From Pseudomonadota bacterium (GTDB lineage: Bacteria > Pseudomonadota > Gammaproteobacteria > Steroidobacterales > Steroidobacteraceae): a stretch of DNA of 64,000 bases. The notes below the pieces were generated by a model. It did no database searches, had not been told where the DNA came from, and saw only the letters and a program-made list of their open reading frames with translations. A program made the translations under genes and the position numbers. The stretch is from positions 8,369 to 72,368 of the forward strand of contig JBDLSG010000004.1 in the NCBI GenBank assembly GCA_039799645.1, written 5' to 3'. This document shows positions 63,659-64,000 of this stretch, piece after piece (position 1 is the stretch's first letter; every line of letters begins with the position of its first letter).

Positions 63659-64000
63659 TCACGAGCGAGATCGATGCCGTGTTGTCACTGGCGCGCGAGG
63701 ATATTCGCGCGTTGAAAGCCTACGAACACGCGCAGTGGCGACCAGAGCTCGAGCGCCTGCATGCCAACGAGTCGCCGTGGCCGCCACTCTCGTCCAACGA
63801 TGGCCTCGCCCGTCATCACTACCCCGAACCGCAACCCGCCGAACTAGTCGCGGCGATGGCGAAATACTATGGCGTCGCCGCCGATCAGGTGTTGGTCGGG
63901 CGTGGTAGCGACGAAGGCATCGACCTTCTCACGCGAGCGTTCTGTCGCGCTGAGCAAGATTCGGTCGTCGTCTGCCCGCCGACTTTCGGCATGTACGCCG
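63655..64000 (+). CDS. hisC: Histidinol-phosphate aminotransferase; 3' end lies outside the window
   Basis: Not in the ORF track because it is open-ended. ATG 63655 overlaps the hisD stop (ATGA). My translation is MITSEIDAVLSLAREDIRALKAY...LHANESPWPP...GRGSDEGIDLLTRAFC...PPTFGMYA. Confidence 0.85.
   Translation, partial: MITSEIDAVLSLAREDIRALKAYEHAQWRPELERLHANESPWPPLSSNDGLARHHYPEPQPAELVAAMAKYYGVAADQVLVGRGSDEGIDLLTRAFCRAEQDSVVVCPPTFGMYA

Noticed and set aside
1-64000. Search for CRISPR arrays, IS elements, integrases, prophage or toxin-antitoxin/defence modules
   Set aside because: I saw no direct-repeat/spacer arrays, no transposase- or integrase-like ORFs, and no terminal inverted repeats flanking the accessory regions. 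The only nuclease-helicase pair is the AddAB-type repair enzyme.

Overview
This is a high-GC chromosomal window from a Gammaproteobacterium. The gene order looks Xanthomonadales/Nevskiales-like: xps-type T2SS pseudopilin operon, tonB-exbB-exbD-exbD, and a his operon headed by a TrpR-like gene. All calls come from reading the ORF translations and the DNA by eye; no database search was run. Most of the window is core metabolism. In order it holds: the end of a dipeptide/oligopeptide ABC transporter; a small GST/VOC/cupin accessory patch; alaA; an AddB/AddA-type helicase-nuclease pair; gspG-N on the minus strand, without gspCDEF; fabD-fabG-acpP-fabF-mltG-tmk-holB; an EEP-family gene coupled to a fused FadB-like gene; and mtnN. 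Next comes a roughly 14.5 kb accessory supercluster (29.7-44.3 kb), followed by two tandem TPR paralogues downstream of tonB-exbB-exbD-exbD. The window ends with ilvD; an M17 peptidase; ilvC-leuA-leuC-leuD-leuB; metX-metB; and a TrpR-like gene followed by hisG-hisD-hisC'. The supercluster has two divergent sets of tightly coupled operons. They encode hydantoinase A/B, two isochorismatase-like amidases, an orphan IorB-like molybdopterin subunit, a DASS transporter, an HMG-CoA-lyase-like enzyme, a family III CoA-transferase, a VOC-like protein, and a SAM methyltransferase flanked by two paralogous small proteins. No regulator gene is present, and this is the best candidate for an undescribed catabolic system. 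RNA and regulatory elements visible in the sequence are: a SAM-I (S-box) riboswitch ahead of metX; a terminator/antiterminator attenuator ahead of ilvC; tandem GTACTA(G) trp-operator-like half sites ahead of the TrpR-like gene; intrinsic terminators after acpP, hyuB and exbD2; and a structured 362-nt leader ahead of tonB. No rRNA, tRNA, CRISPR array, transposase or integrase was seen.
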